A stretch of 32,000 nucleotides of DNA from an uncultured Muribaculaceae bacterium (GTDB lineage Bacteria; Bacillota_I; Bacilli_A; RF39; UBA660). The DNA lies in NCBI GenBank assembly GCA_964384115.1, contig CAYLJU010000004.1:14160-46159 (forward strand), given 5' to 3'. The position numbers were made by a program, and so were the translations under genes. This document shows positions 1 to 10,803 of the stretch, in pieces; position 1 is the first letter of the stretch, and each line of letters begins with the position of its first letter. The notes under the pieces are model-generated. The model was not told the DNA's origin and did not search any database. It saw nothing but the letters and a program-made list of their open reading frames with translations.

Positions 1-228
1 CTTGTTAAAAAAGAAAAAAGATTATCTGTAAATAATGAGGAGTTTTTCTTTAAATTGGTTAGAGATAGTTTTAAATTTAAGAGAAAAACTTTAAAAAATA
101 ATTTGATTGGTTATGATTTAGATAGAATAGAAAAAATTTTAAAGGAAAATGGTTATGATTTATCAGTTAGGGCTGAAGCTTTAAGCTTAGATATGTTTGT
201 AAAGATTGCTAATGGGATGGATATATGA
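1..228 (+). CDS. rsmA: 16S rRNA dimethyladenosine transferase RsmA/KsgA, C-terminal fragment (5' end outside window)
   Basis: Frame 1 is open from base 1 to TGA 226-228. The translation ...EEFFFKLVRDSFKFKRKTLKNNL...SVRAEALSLDMFVKIANG fits the conserved KsgA C-terminal pattern (F..RRKTL.N.L ... RAE.LS...F). The stop overlaps the next ATG (ATATGA). Confidence 0.6.
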   Translation, partial: LVKKEKRLSVNNEEFFFKLVRDSFKFKRKTLKNNLIGYDLDRIEKILKENGYDLSVRAEALSLDMFVKIANGMDI

Positions 229-1523
229 TTGATATTATTAATAATTATTTGTGGTCTATAGTTGTTGTTTTGATGATTATTGCTTCTATTTATTTTTCTT
301 TTAAATTAAAAGGTGCTCAATTTAATTTTAAAGAAATGTTTAAAAATGTTATTAAAAATGATTCAAATTCAAAGGTTTCACCTTTTAGTTCACTTATGCT
401 TTCACTTGCTGGAAGGATTGGTGTTGGAAGTATCAGTGGTGTTGCTTTAGCAATTTATGTTGGTGGAAGTGGGGCGATATTTTGGCTTTGGATTATGGCT
501 TTTATTGGCTCTATTTTAACTTTTTGTGAAACTGTTTTAGCATCAAAATACCATGTTAAAGATTCAAGTGTTTTTGTTGGTGGTCCTTCATATTATATAG
601 AAAAAGGTCTAAAAAAAAGATGGCTTGGTATTTTATATTCAATTTTAATAATTGTTGCTTATGTTTGTCTTTTTATTGCTATTCAGTCTAATACAATTAC
701 AAAGTCTCTTATAAGTTTTGAGACTTTGTCTAAAATTGATTATTTACCATATATATCTGGTTTAATTCTTGCTATTATGATTTTTTTAGTTATATTTGGT
801 GGTATTGAAAGAATAACTAATATTACTAATAAACTTGTACCGGTTATGGGAATATTTTATTTATTTTTAGCTTTTTTTGTAATTTTTTCAAATATTAGTG
901 ATGTTCCAAATATTTTTATTAATATTTTTAAGAATGCTTTTTCATTGAAAGCTGGTATTGGTGGTTTGATTGGAAATGTTATTTTAGTAGGTGTTAAAAG
1001 GAGTATTTTCTCTAGTGAAGCTGGTATAGGTACTGGTTCTATTGCTTCAAGTGTTAGTAATACTAAATATTCTGCTTCGCTTGGATATGTGCAGATGCTT
1101 GGTATTTATATAACTAGTTTAGTAATATGTACGGCAACTGCTATGATTGTTTTACTTGGTCCTAGTTTAATTCCTATGGCTGATGCTAATGGTATTGAAT
1201 TTGCTCAAAATGCTTTTGAATTTCATTTTGGTTCTTTTGGTTCTATATCTTTATTTGCATGTGTTTTTATGTTTAGTTTTTCAACTATTTTAACTGGTTA
1301 TTATTATGGTGAAACTTGTTTTAAGCATATATTTAAAAGAAGTAGTATTATGATTAAAATTGTTACAATTATTGTTGTATTTTTAGGTTCTATTGTTTCA
1401 AGTAATATTTTATGGGGTCTTGTTGATATGTTTATTGCTTTTTTAGCGCTTATAAATATTTACTCGATGATAGCTTTACGGAAAGATGTTTATTTGGAAT
1501 ATGAGAAGTATGGTGATAGATAA
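225..1523 (+). CDS. agcS: alanine/glycine:cation symporter (AGCS family)
   Basis: 432 aa polytopic membrane protein. Carries AGCS-like motifs: SPFSSLMLSLAGRIGVGSISGVA, GGPSYYIEKGL, FSSEAGIGTGSIASS. Confidence 0.75.
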   Translation: MIDIINNYLWSIVVVLMIIASIYFSFKLKGAQFNFKEMFKNVIKNDSNSKVSPFSSLMLSLAGRIGVGSISGVALAIYVGGSGAIFWLWIMAFIGSILTFCETVLASKYHVKDSSVFVGGPSYYIEKGLKKRWLGILYSILIIVAYVCLFIAIQSNTITKSLISFETLSKIDYLPYISGLILAIMIFLVIFGGIERITNITNKLVPVMGIFYLFLAFFVIFSNISDVPNIFINIFKNAFSLKAGIGGLIGNVILVGVKRSIFSSEAGIGTGSIASSVSNTKYSASLGYVQMLGIYITSLVICTATAMIVLLGPSLIPMADANGIEFAQNAFEFHFGSFGSISLFACVFMFSFSTILTGYYYGETCFKHIFKRSSIMIKIVTIIVVFLGSIVSSNILWGLVDMFIAFLALINIYSMIALRKDVYLEYEKYGDR

Positions 1524-2170
1524 TGTTTGGTAATGATTGGGATAATGTTCTTGGTGATGTTTTAAATGAAAAATGGTTTTGTGATTTGATTGAATCTGTA
1601 AGATGTGAATATTCTAAAAAAACTATTTTTCCTTTAGAGCAAAATATATTTAATGCTTTTATATATACTCCATTTAAAGAAGTTAAAGTTGTTATATTGG
1701 GTCAAGATCCATATCATGGTGTTGGTGAAGCCCATGGCCTTTCTTTTTCTGTTAGAGAAGGTGTTAAGACACCTCCTTCTTTATCTAATATTTTTAAAGA
1801 ATTAGAAGATGATTTAGGCGTTAAGAGAACAAAAACTGATTTATCTGATTGGGCTTATCAGGGGGTATTACTTTTAAATTCTATTTTAACTGTTGAAAAG
1901 GACAAACCTTTATCTCATTCTTTTTTAAATTGGGAGAAGTTTACTGATGTTGTTATTAAAAAATTATCTGATAGAGGAAATGTTATTTTTGTTCTATGGG
2001 GAAGTTTTGCAAGAAATAAAAAAAACTTGATTAACTTAAATAAAAATTATATAATAGAAAGCGTACATCCATCACCTTTGTCTTGTTATAGAGGTTTTTT
2101 TGGAAGTAAACCATTTTCTAAAATTAATAATATTTTGAAGAAAAATGGTTTTGAAGAAATAAAGTGGTGA
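1523..2170 (+). CDS. ung: uracil-DNA glycosylase
   Basis: Family-1 UDG motifs: VVILGQDPYHG, GLSFSV, LLLNSILTV, HPSPLS. TAATG overlap with agcS. Ends at TGA. Confidence 0.92.
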   Translation: MFGNDWDNVLGDVLNEKWFCDLIESVRCEYSKKTIFPLEQNIFNAFIYTPFKEVKVVILGQDPYHGVGEAHGLSFSVREGVKTPPSLSNIFKELEDDLGVKRTKTDLSDWAYQGVLLLNSILTVEKDKPLSHSFLNWEKFTDVVIKKLSDRGNVIFVLWGSFARNKKNLINLNKNYIIESVHPSPLSCYRGFFGSKPFSKINNILKKNGFEEIKW

Positions 2171-2173
2171 CAT

Positions 2174-3463
2174 ATGAAGAAAGCTTTTGATTTTTTATTG
2201 AATACTTTAGATGGCAATGTTGTTATTGCTTGTTCTGGTGGGCCAGATTCGATGGCTCTTTTTGATATTTTATTAAAAGTAAGGAATATAAAAAAAATTA
2301 ATGTTGTTTGTGCTCATGTGAATCATAAAGTGAGAAAAGAAAGTGATTTTGAGGAACAAATGGTTCATAATTTTTGTTTAAAAAATAATGTTCCTTTTGA
2401 ATTACTTACTATTGATAAATATGATGGTTATAATTTTGAGGCTGAAGCAAGGGATAAAAGATATAGTTTTTTTGAGGATGTTCTTCATAAATATAATTAT
2501 AAATATTTATTAACTGCACATCATGGTGATGATTTAATGGAAACTGTTTTATATAGAATTGTTAGGGGTTCTAGTTTAGATGGATATGCAGGATTCAAGT
2601 ATATTTCAAAGAGAAGTGATTATACTATTTTAAGACCTCTTATTTGGTATACTAAAGAAGATATTAATTCATATGTTAAAAAAAATAACATCCCTTATGC
2701 TATTGATTGTACTAATAATGATACTAAGTATTTGCGCAATAAATTTAGACATTTTGTTATTCCAATATATAAAGAAGTAAATAAGAATGCACATTTAAAA
2801 TTTTTACAGTTTTCTTCTCTTTTAAATAAGTATGATAGTTTTGTTAACAAATATGTTGATAATATATATCATAGTATTGTATCTGATTATGTTGATATTT
2901 CTTTACTTCTTAAGGAAGATGATTTGATTATTGATAATATTATTTATAGATATTTATGTAGTGTTTCTACTGATATCAATAATCGCCATATTGATTTAGT
3001 TAAAAAATTTATTCTTTCTGATAAAAAAAATGGTTTTATTAATTTACCTGGTATTACTTTAGAAAGAAAATATGACAAACTTATGGTATTTAATGATAAT
3101 TCTTTTAGTTATTTATTTGAAATAAAAGATAATATCAAATTACCTAATAATATGGTTCTAAAAAAAATTGGTGATACCACAGATAATTCAAATTATGTCT
3201 GTAAGTTAGATTTTGATGAAATAAAGTTACCTTTATATGTTAGAAATTATAAAAAAGGTGATAAAATGGATGTAAAAAATGGTTATAATAAGAAAATAAG
3301 TGATATTTTTATTGATAGTAAAATAAGTGATAGGGATATGTTTCCTGTTGTTGTTGATAGTCTTGGTAACGTTTTGTGGTTACCTGGATTAAAAAAATCA
3401 AAGTTTTGTAAAACAAATGGTGAAAAGTATGATATAATACTTTTATATTGTGTGGAGGAATAA
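2174..3463 (+). CDS. tilS: tRNA(Ile)-lysidine synthase
   Basis: N-terminal PP-loop SGGPDSMAL, then HHGDDLMETVLYRIVRGS. The C-terminal domain has PLYVRNYKKGDKM. Sits immediately upstream of ftsH, as is usual in Bacillota. Confidence 0.85.
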   Translation: MKKAFDFLLNTLDGNVVIACSGGPDSMALFDILLKVRNIKKINVVCAHVNHKVRKESDFEEQMVHNFCLKNNVPFELLTIDKYDGYNFEAEARDKRYSFFEDVLHKYNYKYLLTAHHGDDLMETVLYRIVRGSSLDGYAGFKYISKRSDYTILRPLIWYTKEDINSYVKKNNIPYAIDCTNNDTKYLRNKFRHFVIPIYKEVNKNAHLKFLQFSSLLNKYDSFVNKYVDNIYHSIVSDYVDISLLLKEDDLIIDNIIYRYLCSVSTDINNRHIDLVKKFILSDKKNGFINLPGITLERKYDKLMVFNDNSFSYLFEIKDNIKLPNNMVLKKIGDTTDNSNYVCKLDFDEIKLPLYVRNYKKGDKMDVKNGYNKKISDIFIDSKISDRDMFPVVVDSLGNVLWLPGLKKSKFCKTNGEKYDIILLYCVEE

Positions 3464-3464
3464 T

Positions 3465-5444
3465 ATGAAAAACAGTGTAAAAAAAGGTTTAATACCTTAT
3501 ATGGCTTTCTTTTTGATTGTTATGGTTATACTTGCTTTACTTCCGGGTGTTGGCTATAAAAACCATGATATTACTTATGAGCAATTTCTAAGTTATGCTC
3601 AAAGTGAAAAAGAAACTGAAAAAATTGAATATATTGATATAACTTCTAATAGTTCAGCAGGAATTTATACAGTTAGTGGTAAGCTTAATGGATATGATGA
3701 AAAAGAAACTTTTTCATTTACTATTGCTTATTCTGATGCTGTAGTTGCGAAACTTTATGAACTTGCAGATCAGTATGATTTTTCGATAAAAGCTTCAAGA
3801 GATCCTGGTTCTAGTACTATTTTATATTTTGTTGTAAACATTTTACCATTTTTGATTTTTGGAATTATTATTTTTGTTTTTTTAACTAAACAAATGGGTA
3901 GTGCGAATAAATCAATGGATTTCGGTCGTAGTAGAGCTCGTTTAAATGATGGAAAAAATACTGTTACTTTTAAAGATGTAGCTGGTTTAGATGAAGAAAA
4001 AGAAGAAGTTCAAGAATTAATTGACTTTTTGAAAGATCCTAAAAAATTCCAGAAAATGGGTGCCAGAATACCAAAAGGTGTTTTATTAGTTGGTCCTCCT
4101 GGTACTGGTAAGACTTTACTTGCACGTGCTGTTGCTGGAGAAGCTAATGTTCCATTTTACTTTATAAGTGGTTCTGATTTTGTTGAACTTTTTGTTGGTA
4201 TTGGTGCTTCACGTGTTCGTGATATGTTTAGAGAGGCTAAACATAATGCTCCTTGTTTGATTTTTATTGATGAAATAGATGCTGTTGGTCGTCAAAGAGG
4301 CGCTGGTCTTGGTGGAGGCCATGATGAAAGAGAACAAACTTTAAATCAGTTATTAACTGAGATGGATGGTTTTGGAGCGAATGAGGGAATTATTATTTTG
4401 GCTGCTACTAACAGACCTGATGTTCTTGATCCAGCTCTTTTAAGACCTGGTAGATTTGATAGGCAGATTACTGTTAATTTACCTGATGTAAAAGGAAGAG
4501 AGGAAATTCTTGCTGTTCATGCTAAAGGTAAGTTCTTTAATAAAGGTGTTAATTTAAGTAATCTTGCTAAGAGAACGGCTGGTTTCAGTGGTGCTGATTT
4601 GGAAAATTTACTTAATGAAGCTGCTTTACTTGCTGTTAGACGTAATAAAGATAAAATTTCTATGGCTGAAATTGATGAGGCACAGGATAGAGTTTTAATG
4701 GGACCTGCTAAAGTCACTCATAAGTATACTGAACGTGAGAAAGAAATTGTTGCTTATCATGAAGCTGGTCATGCTGTTGTTGGTATAAAATTAGACGGTG
4801 CACATGATGTTCAAAAGATAACTATCATTCCACGTGGTCAAGCTGGTGGTTATAATTTAATGCTTCCAAAGGAAGAAACTTATCTTTCTACTAAAAAGGA
4901 ATTACTAGAAACTATTAGTGGTTTACTTGGTGGTCGTGTTGCTGAAGTTACTAAGTTTGGTGAGATGACTACTGGTGCTCATAATGATTTTGAGAAAGCT
5001 ACTAAAATTGCTCGTGCTATGGTTACTGAATATGGTATGAGTAATCTTGGTCCTGTTCAATTTGAACAACAAAGTGAAGGTAGTGTTTTCTTAGGTAGAG
5101 ATTATAATAAGAGTCGTAATTTTAGTGGTCAAATTGCTTTTCAGATTGATGAAGAAGTTAGAAGTATTATAAATGAACAATATAAAGTTACTGAAAAGAT
5201 AATTAAAGAAAATATGGATTTACTTGATTTAATTGCTAAAACTTTAATTGAAAAAGAAACTTTAACTAAAGAAGAAATTGATAGTTTAGTTGAGAATGGT
5301 TCTTTACCTAATGATGATTCTGAAATTTCTTTTGAAGATATGACTATTGCTGAATTAAAGAAATATGCAGATGATCATGATATAAAAATTAGTGCGACTA
5401 AAAAAGATGAAATAATTAAAGAAATAGAAAGTTCTAATAAATAG
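3465..5444 (+). CDS. ftsH: ATP-dependent zinc metalloprotease FtsH
   Basis: Two N-terminal TM segments. Walker [12 protein letters not shown], Walker [13 protein letters not shown] region [20 protein letters not shown], zinc motif HEAGHAV. I start at ATG 3465, 5-10 nt after GGAGG; the GTG at 3450 in the ORF track lies inside the tilS 3' end. Confidence 0.97.
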   Translation: MKNSVKKGLIPYMAFFLIVMVILALLPGVGYKNHDITYEQFLSYAQSEKETEKIEYIDITSNSSAGIYTVSGKLNGYDEKETFSFTIAYSDAVVAKLYELADQYDFSIKASRDPGSSTILYFVVNILPFLIFGIIIFVFLTKQMGSANKSMDFGRSRARLNDGKNTVTFKDVAGLDEEKEEVQELIDFLKDPKKFQKMGARIPKGVLLVGPPGTGKTLLARAVAGEANVPFYFISGSDFVELFVGIGASRVRDMFREAKHNAPCLIFIDEIDAVGRQRGAGLGGGHDEREQTLNQLLTEMDGFGANEGIIILAATNRPDVLDPALLRPGRFDRQITVNLPDVKGREEILAVHAKGKFFNKGVNLSNLAKRTAGFSGADLENLLNEAALLAVRRNKDKISMAEIDEAQDRVLMGPAKVTHKYTEREKEIVAYHEAGHAVVGIKLDGAHDVQKITIIPRGQAGGYNLMLPKEETYLSTKKELLETISGLLGGRVAEVTKFGEMTTGAHNDFEKATKIARAMVTEYGMSNLGPVQFEQQSEGSVFLGRDYNKSRNFSGQIAFQIDEEVRSIINEQYKVTEKIIKENMDLLDLIAKTLIEKETLTKEEIDSLVENGSLPNDDSEISFEDMTIAELKKYADDHDIKISATKKDEIIKEIESSNK

Positions 5445-5496
5445 GACTTTTTTTGGTAGACTTATTTTATTTATTTTGATACAATAATTAAAAGGA

Positions 5497-6162
5497 ATGG
5501 ATGATATGATTAAATTAAAAAAAAGAGGTCTTTTGATTGTTGTTTCTGGTCCTTCTGGAGCTGGAAAAGATACAGTATGTAATGCTGTTGCTTTAAATAA
5601 TCCTAATGTTTGGATTTCAATTTCTTGTACTTCTAGAAGTATTAGAAATGGAGAAAAAGAAGGAGTTAATTATTTTTATTTAACTAGAGATGAATTTGTT
5701 AAAAAAATTGAAAATAATGAATTTTTAGAATATGCTATTTATAATGATAATTATTATGGTACACCCTTATATAAGATAGAGGAAAAATTAAATCAAGGAA
5801 TTGATACTATTTTAGTTATTGAAGTTCAAGGTGCTTTGAAGGTAAAAAAATTATATCCTGATGCTGTTTTTATTTTTATTTTACCACCTAGTATGGAAGA
5901 ATTAAGAAATAGACTTGTTAATAGAGGTACAGAAAGTAAAGAAAAAATATTTGATCGTTTTAAAACAGCTTATAGAGAAATTAACGAGATTTCTAAATAT
6001 AACTATGTAATTGTAAATGATAAATTAGAAGATGCTGTTAATAAGATGGAGTCAATTATTGTTTCTGAAAGATGTAGAGTTGATAGAATTGAAGAAACCA
6101 ATGTTAGTAATATTGAAGAAGTTTTACATGAGGGAGTAATTAATTTTAATGAAGATTTATAG
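5497..6162 (+). CDS. gmk: guanylate kinase
   Basis: P-loop GPSGAGKDT, YFYLTRDEF, EYAIYNDNYYGTP, RLVNRGTES. ATG 5506 is an alternative start. Confidence 0.92.
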   Translation: MDDMIKLKKRGLLIVVSGPSGAGKDTVCNAVALNNPNVWISISCTSRSIRNGEKEGVNYFYLTRDEFVKKIENNEFLEYAIYNDNYYGTPLYKIEEKLNQGIDTILVIEVQGALKVKKLYPDAVFIFILPPSMEELRNRLVNRGTESKEKIFDRFKTAYREINEISKYNYVIVNDKLEDAVNKMESIIVSERCRVDRIEETNVSNIEEVLHEGVINFNEDL

Positions 6163-7273
6163 TTATTTAGAACTTTTAAAAAAATTATCTGAAATTACAG
6201 AAATACCTGGTTATGTTAAAGGTATTTCTTCTTTAGTTGAATCTGGTATAGAAATTCCTTATTATATATATGGTAATGGTAATAATCATATTATTGTTGT
6301 TGGTGGTATTCATGGTAATGAAATAATAACTGTTAATGTTATTCTTAATATTATGGAAAAAGCTTATTTAATTGATAGGAATAAATATACTATTCATTTT
6401 ATTCCTGTTCTTAATCCTGAAGGTTATATTATTGCAACTTCTTGTATTTCTAAAAAGATAAATTTAGATGATGAAAATGAACTTAAAAAAATTTCTTATG
6501 ATTATTATTTAAATTATAAACATGATTGTATTTATGATGGCAAGATTAAATTGCATCAGGAAATGTTTTGTGATGTTGATTATAAATGTATAGAAAATAA
6601 AAATTTACAAAAAATGGTCGAATCAATTTATAAAAACAATATTTTTCCTAATGGAAGTCTTATTGATTGGCGCAGTAATGGATATGGTTTAGATCTTAAT
6701 CGTGAAAATGAATTTATTGATTTAACTTGCAATAATATTACTTTTAGTAGCGATAATTTAAGATGTAATAACATTTTGACTAATACTGCTGGTCCACTAG
6801 GATTTTATAGAAATGAGGTTAAATCATCAGAAAATACATTTTTATTTAATCTGGTTTGTAAACTTTACAATGAGAAAAAGTATGCTGGTTTACTTTTGTA
6901 TCATAGTACTGGTGGTTGCATATATTATGAACCTGATAAAAGGTGCAAATATTATAATCAGTATTTATCTTTCAATAAAAAATTAGCGAATTCTTATCGT
7001 TTAAAAACTAAATATATAAGTCCAAATGGACTTATAAAAAATGGTTATAAACTTGTTTTAAATAATGGCTTTTTTAGTACAGATGAATATTTGAGAATTA
7101 AATTTCCTGGAGTTATATTGGTAGAATTATCTTATATGGGAGGAAATCCTTTAGGACCTTTTGGGGATAAAGAAAATAATTATATTCCTACGATTGAAAA
7201 TAATTTTGTTGCTTTTATGAATTTTATTAATGAATGTAAAAAAAATAAAGAATATATGTATAAATTGTCGTAA
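6149..7273 (+). CDS. M14-family zinc carboxypeptidase-like protein
   Basis: HxxE zinc motif in VVGGIHGNEIIT followed by PVLNPEGY. A later His sits in LLLYHSTGG, as expected for the third ligand. No signal peptide is evident. Overlaps gmk by 14 nt. Confidence 0.55.
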   Translation: MKIYSYLELLKKLSEITEIPGYVKGISSLVESGIEIPYYIYGNGNNHIIVVGGIHGNEIITVNVILNIMEKAYLIDRNKYTIHFIPVLNPEGYIIATSCISKKINLDDENELKKISYDYYLNYKHDCIYDGKIKLHQEMFCDVDYKCIENKNLQKMVESIYKNNIFPNGSLIDWRSNGYGLDLNRENEFIDLTCNNITFSSDNLRCNNILTNTAGPLGFYRNEVKSSENTFLFNLVCKLYNEKKYAGLLLYHSTGGCIYYEPDKRCKYYNQYLSFNKKLANSYRLKTKYISPNGLIKNGYKLVLNNGFFSTDEYLRIKFPGVILVELSYMGGNPLGPFGDKENNYIPTIENNFVAFMNFINECKKNKEYMYKLS

Positions 7274-7327
7274 ATTTTAAAAAAATATGATATTATATAT
7301 ATAGTATGAATAGAAATGGTGATGTAC

Positions 7328-8131
7328 ATGGGAAAAATTATAGCTTTGGTAAATCAAAAAGGTGGAGTTGGAAAGACAACGACAAGTATAAATTTAGCAG
7401 CTTCACTAGGTTATTTAAAAAAGAAAGTTTTACTTGTTGATCTAGATCCACAAGGTAATTCTTCTACTGGTTTAGGTATACACAAATCAAATTTTGAAAA
7501 TAGTATTTATGAACTCATGACTGATAAATGTGAACTTAAAGATGTTATTATTAAAACTAAGTTTCATAATCTTTATATAATACCTTCATATATAAATTTA
7601 GCAGGTATTAATTTCGAGTTAATGGAAAGAAGTAGAATGGATCCTACATTTGTAAAAAATGCTCAATTAAAGAAGTATTTGGATCAAGCTAAGGAAATGT
7701 TTGATTATATAATAATTGATTGTCCGCCTTCACTTGAATTACTTACTTTAAATGCTTTAATGGCATCTGATTCTGTTATAATACCAGTTCAATGTGAATT
7801 TTTTGCACTTGAAGGTATAATGCAACTTTTAAATACTATTGTTTTAGCGCAGAGGGATATAAATCCAAAACTAGAAATAGAAGGTGTTTTACTTACTATG
7901 CTTGATAGTAGAACAAATTTAGGTTTAGAAGTAGTTGAAGAAGTAAAAAGCTATTTTAAAGAAAAAGTTTATGAAACTATTATTCCAAGACTTGTAAGAT
8001 TGTCTGAGGCTCCTAGCCATGGAAAACCTATAATTGCTTATGATTTTCAAAGTCGTGGTACTGAAGCTTATATAAATTTAGCTAAGGAAGTTATTAGTAA
8101 AAATGAGGGAAGTGACAAAAATGGAAAATAA
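7328..8131 (+). CDS. soj: chromosome partitioning ATPase ParA/Soj
   Basis: [19 protein letters not shown] deviant Walker [27 protein letters not shown]. Start moved to ATG 7328, which gives the canonical N-terminus. Confidence 0.93.
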   Translation: MGKIIALVNQKGGVGKTTTSINLAASLGYLKKKVLLVDLDPQGNSSTGLGIHKSNFENSIYELMTDKCELKDVIIKTKFHNLYIIPSYINLAGINFELMERSRMDPTFVKNAQLKKYLDQAKEMFDYIIIDCPPSLELLTLNALMASDSVIIPVQCEFFALEGIMQLLNTIVLAQRDINPKLEIEGVLLTMLDSRTNLGLEVVEEVKSYFKEKVYETIIPRLVRLSEAPSHGKPIIAYDFQSRGTEAYINLAKEVISKNEGSDKNGK

Positions 8132-8999
8132 GAAAAAAGCTCTAGGAATGGGTTTAGAACAGTTATTTAATGGTGATAATATTGATATTGCTTCTTTTGA
8201 AAAGAAAATATATGAAAATAGTTCTAGTGAAGAAGTAGTTGAAGTTAATCTTGATGAACTTAGACCTAATCCTTATCAACCTCGTATTAATTTTAATGAA
8301 GATGCATTAAAAGATTTAGCTGATTCAATAAAAGAAAACGGAGTTTTTCAACCTATAATTGTTAAAAAAAGTATTAAAGGTTATGAAATTGTTGCTGGTG
8401 AGAGAAGAGTTAGGGCTAGTAAAATGGCTGGACTTAAAACTATTCCTGCAATTATTAGAAATTTTTCTGATGATCAAATGATGAGTATTGCTTTACTTGA
8501 AAATTTACAGAGAGAAAATCTAAATATTGTAGAAGAAGCTAAGGCTTATAAATTGATGCTTGAAAGACTTTCATTGACACAAGAAGAATTAGCTGTTAAA
8601 GTTGGAAAAAGTCGTAGTCATATTACTAATATTTTAGGTATTTTGAGATTACCAGATGATGTTCAATCATTACTTAAATTTGGAAAATTATCTATGGGAC
8701 ATGCTAGAGTTTTAAGTAAACTTGAAGATAATAAAAAAATAATTGAACTTGCAAATAAAGTTGTTGATGATGATCTTAGTGTTCGTGATTTGGAAAGAAT
8801 GATTGATAATTCTTTTGAGAGAAAAGTTAAAATAGAGAGACATGTTAAAAGTGTTGATCCTAATTTACGTGATATTGAAAATAATTTGGCTGAAAGATTT
8901 GATACTAAAGTTAAGATTCGTGATAATAAGATTGAAATTAAATTTAGTAATATAGCCGATTTAAATCGAATATTAGAAATTATTAAATATAATGAGTGA
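8121..8999 (+). CDS. spo0J: chromosome partitioning protein ParB/Spo0J
   Basis: [36 protein letters not shown] and an HTH around [20 protein letters not shown] 8121 follows GAGGGA by about 10 nt. Confidence 0.9.
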   Translation: MENKKKALGMGLEQLFNGDNIDIASFEKKIYENSSSEEVVEVNLDELRPNPYQPRINFNEDALKDLADSIKENGVFQPIIVKKSIKGYEIVAGERRVRASKMAGLKTIPAIIRNFSDDQMMSIALLENLQRENLNIVEEAKAYKLMLERLSLTQEELAVKVGKSRSHITNILGILRLPDDVQSLLKFGKLSMGHARVLSKLEDNKKIIELANKVVDDDLSVRDLERMIDNSFERKVKIERHVKSVDPNLRDIENNLAERFDTKVKIRDNKIEIKFSNIADLNRILEIIKYNE

Positions 9000-9004
9000 T
9001 ATAT

Positions 9005-9187
9005 ATGAAAGAGTATAAATTAGGTAGTATTGTTATAATGAAAAAAAATCATCCTTGTGGATCTAATAAATTTGAAGTTGTTAGAATGGGTGCTGACATT
9101 AAAATTAAATGTTTGGAATGTGGACATGTTGTTATGCTTCCAAGGATCGATTTTAATAAAAGAATAAAAAAAATAGAGTCTTATTAG
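9005..9187 (+). CDS. DUF951-family small protein
   Basis: 60 aa with HPCGSNKFEVVRMGADIKIKCLECGH (CxxC-type zinc-ribbon look). Occupies the usual position just downstream of parB in Bacillota. Confidence 0.6.
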   Translation: MKEYKLGSIVIMKKNHPCGSNKFEVVRMGADIKIKCLECGHVVMLPRIDFNKRIKKIESY

Positions 9188-9196
9188 GAGGCAGAT

Positions 9197-10699
9197 ATGT
9201 TTAAGAAAAATGCAAAAGGAATTGGTCCGGTTGTTGTTATTTTGATTTTAACAATGATTGTTATAGTTCTTAGTTCCGTTTGTTCTATTTTAGAATTTCA
9301 GGGAGAAAAAACAGAAATTATAAATGGTACTCTTACTACTTCTTTAGTTTCTGTTCAAAATATATTTACACCAGCTGGTTTTAGATATATTTTAACTAGT
9401 GTTGTTACTAATTTTAAGCTTTTTGAGCCTTTATTTTTACTTATTATTTCTTTGATTGGTATTGGTATAGGTGAAAGATCAGGATTATTTAAAGCTTTAT
9501 TTACGCCATTAAAAAAATTAAAATCGTCTGTTTTGACTTTTATTGTTTTCTTTTTGGGTGTTATTTTTTCTATAGTTGGAGAATATAGTTTTGTTATTTT
9601 AATTCCTATTGCTGGTATTATGTATAAATATACAAATAAGAATTCAATGGTTGGTGTTATTACTGCTTTTTTGGGAATTTGTTTAGGTTATGGTACAGGA
9701 TTAGTTGCTAATTGTTATGATTATGATTTAAGTGTTTTAACTTTGGATGCTGTTAATGCTTCATTTCAGATAGAAAATACTTATAATATGTGGTCAAATT
9801 TTTATATTATGATTATTAGTTCTATTATTATTAGTTTTGTTGGTACTATTATAATCGAAAAATATGTAGTTGTTAATTTTAAAAAGAGTACTTATGAAGA
9901 TGATGAACTTATTGTTGATAGACGCGCGAATATTGTGACTTTAATAACTTTTTTGGCTTTATTTTTGGTTGTTATTTTGGGTATTATTCCTGTTAAACCA
10001 CTTGGATTTTTACTTGATAATAGTGGCGTTAATTATATTAGCAAATTATTTAGTTCTTCATCACCATTTTATGCTGGATTTTTATACATTTTTATATTAA
10101 TTATGTTGATATGTGGTTATGTATATGGAGATGTTTCTAAAAATGTTAAAAATACTACCGAGTATAGTGTTGGTATTTCTTCTTCATTTGAAAAACTTGG
10201 ATATGTTTTTATTCTTATGTTTTTTACATCTCAATTAATTGGAATTTTAGAATGGACTAATTTAGATGTCGTTATAGCTACTAATTTAGTTAATTTCCTT
10301 GGATTAGTTGAATTTTCTGGTGTTCCTTTAATTGTTACTTTCTTTTTGATTGTAATTATTATGACAATTTTTATGCCAAGTTTGATTAGTAAATGGTCTC
10401 TTTGTGCTCCTACTATTGTTCCTCTTTTTATGAGGAGTAATATTGTTCCGTCATTTACGCAATTTATTTTTACTGTAGCTGATGGTATTGGTAAGGCTAT
10501 AACTCCAATATTTGGTTATTTTATTGTTTTTCTTGGTTATTTAGAAAAATATAATGAAAATAAAAAAATTACTATTTTTGGCACGATTAGAAGTATAATT
10601 ATACCTGTTATATTAATAGTGGTTACTTGGATTTTAATATTAGTTGGCTGGTATGTTATTGGTTTACCACTTGGTATTGGTACAAATATAACTATGTAA
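9197..10699 (+). CDS. AbgT-family (p-aminobenzoyl-glutamate / antimetabolite) transporter-like membrane protein
   Basis: 500 aa polytopic protein. Length, N-terminal topology and the IGIGIGERSGLFKAL segment resemble the AbgT/MtrF/YdaH family. Assigned by pattern only. RBS AGGAGG lies upstream. Confidence 0.5.
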   Translation: MFKKNAKGIGPVVVILILTMIVIVLSSVCSILEFQGEKTEIINGTLTTSLVSVQNIFTPAGFRYILTSVVTNFKLFEPLFLLIISLIGIGIGERSGLFKALFTPLKKLKSSVLTFIVFFLGVIFSIVGEYSFVILIPIAGIMYKYTNKNSMVGVITAFLGICLGYGTGLVANCYDYDLSVLTLDAVNASFQIENTYNMWSNFYIMIISSIIISFVGTIIIEKYVVVNFKKSTYEDDELIVDRRANIVTLITFLALFLVVILGIIPVKPLGFLLDNSGVNYISKLFSSSSPFYAGFLYIFILIMLICGYVYGDVSKNVKNTTEYSVGISSSFEKLGYVFILMFFTSQLIGILEWTNLDVVIATNLVNFLGLVEFSGVPLIVTFFLIVIIMTIFMPSLISKWSLCAPTIVPLFMRSNIVPSFTQFIFTVADGIGKAITPIFGYFIVFLGYLEKYNENKKITIFGTIRSIIIPVILIVVTWILILVGWYVIGLPLGIGTNITM

Positions 10700-10708
10700 A
10701 ATTTTGAT

Positions 10709-10740
10709 AAACTGGCTTTTTGCCAGTTTATAATTATTTT
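10709..10740 (+). terminator. putative intrinsic terminator after the AbgT-like gene
   Basis: Perfect 8-bp stem AAACTGGC (10709-10716) / GCCAGTTT (10722-10729) with loop TTTTT. The following tract is T-rich but interrupted. Confidence 0.5.
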
Positions 10741-10803
10741 TGTATACGTTTTTATAAATTAAGTGTATAATATTTATTTGATTTATGGAAGGAATGTGAT
10801 TTT

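Noticed and set aside
4517-4717. 66-aa minus-strand ORF inside ftsH
   Set aside because: It lies antisense to a strongly conserved part of FtsH. The product is low-complexity (Leu/Ala/Ser/Lys-rich), which is typical of a shadow frame. No RBS is present.
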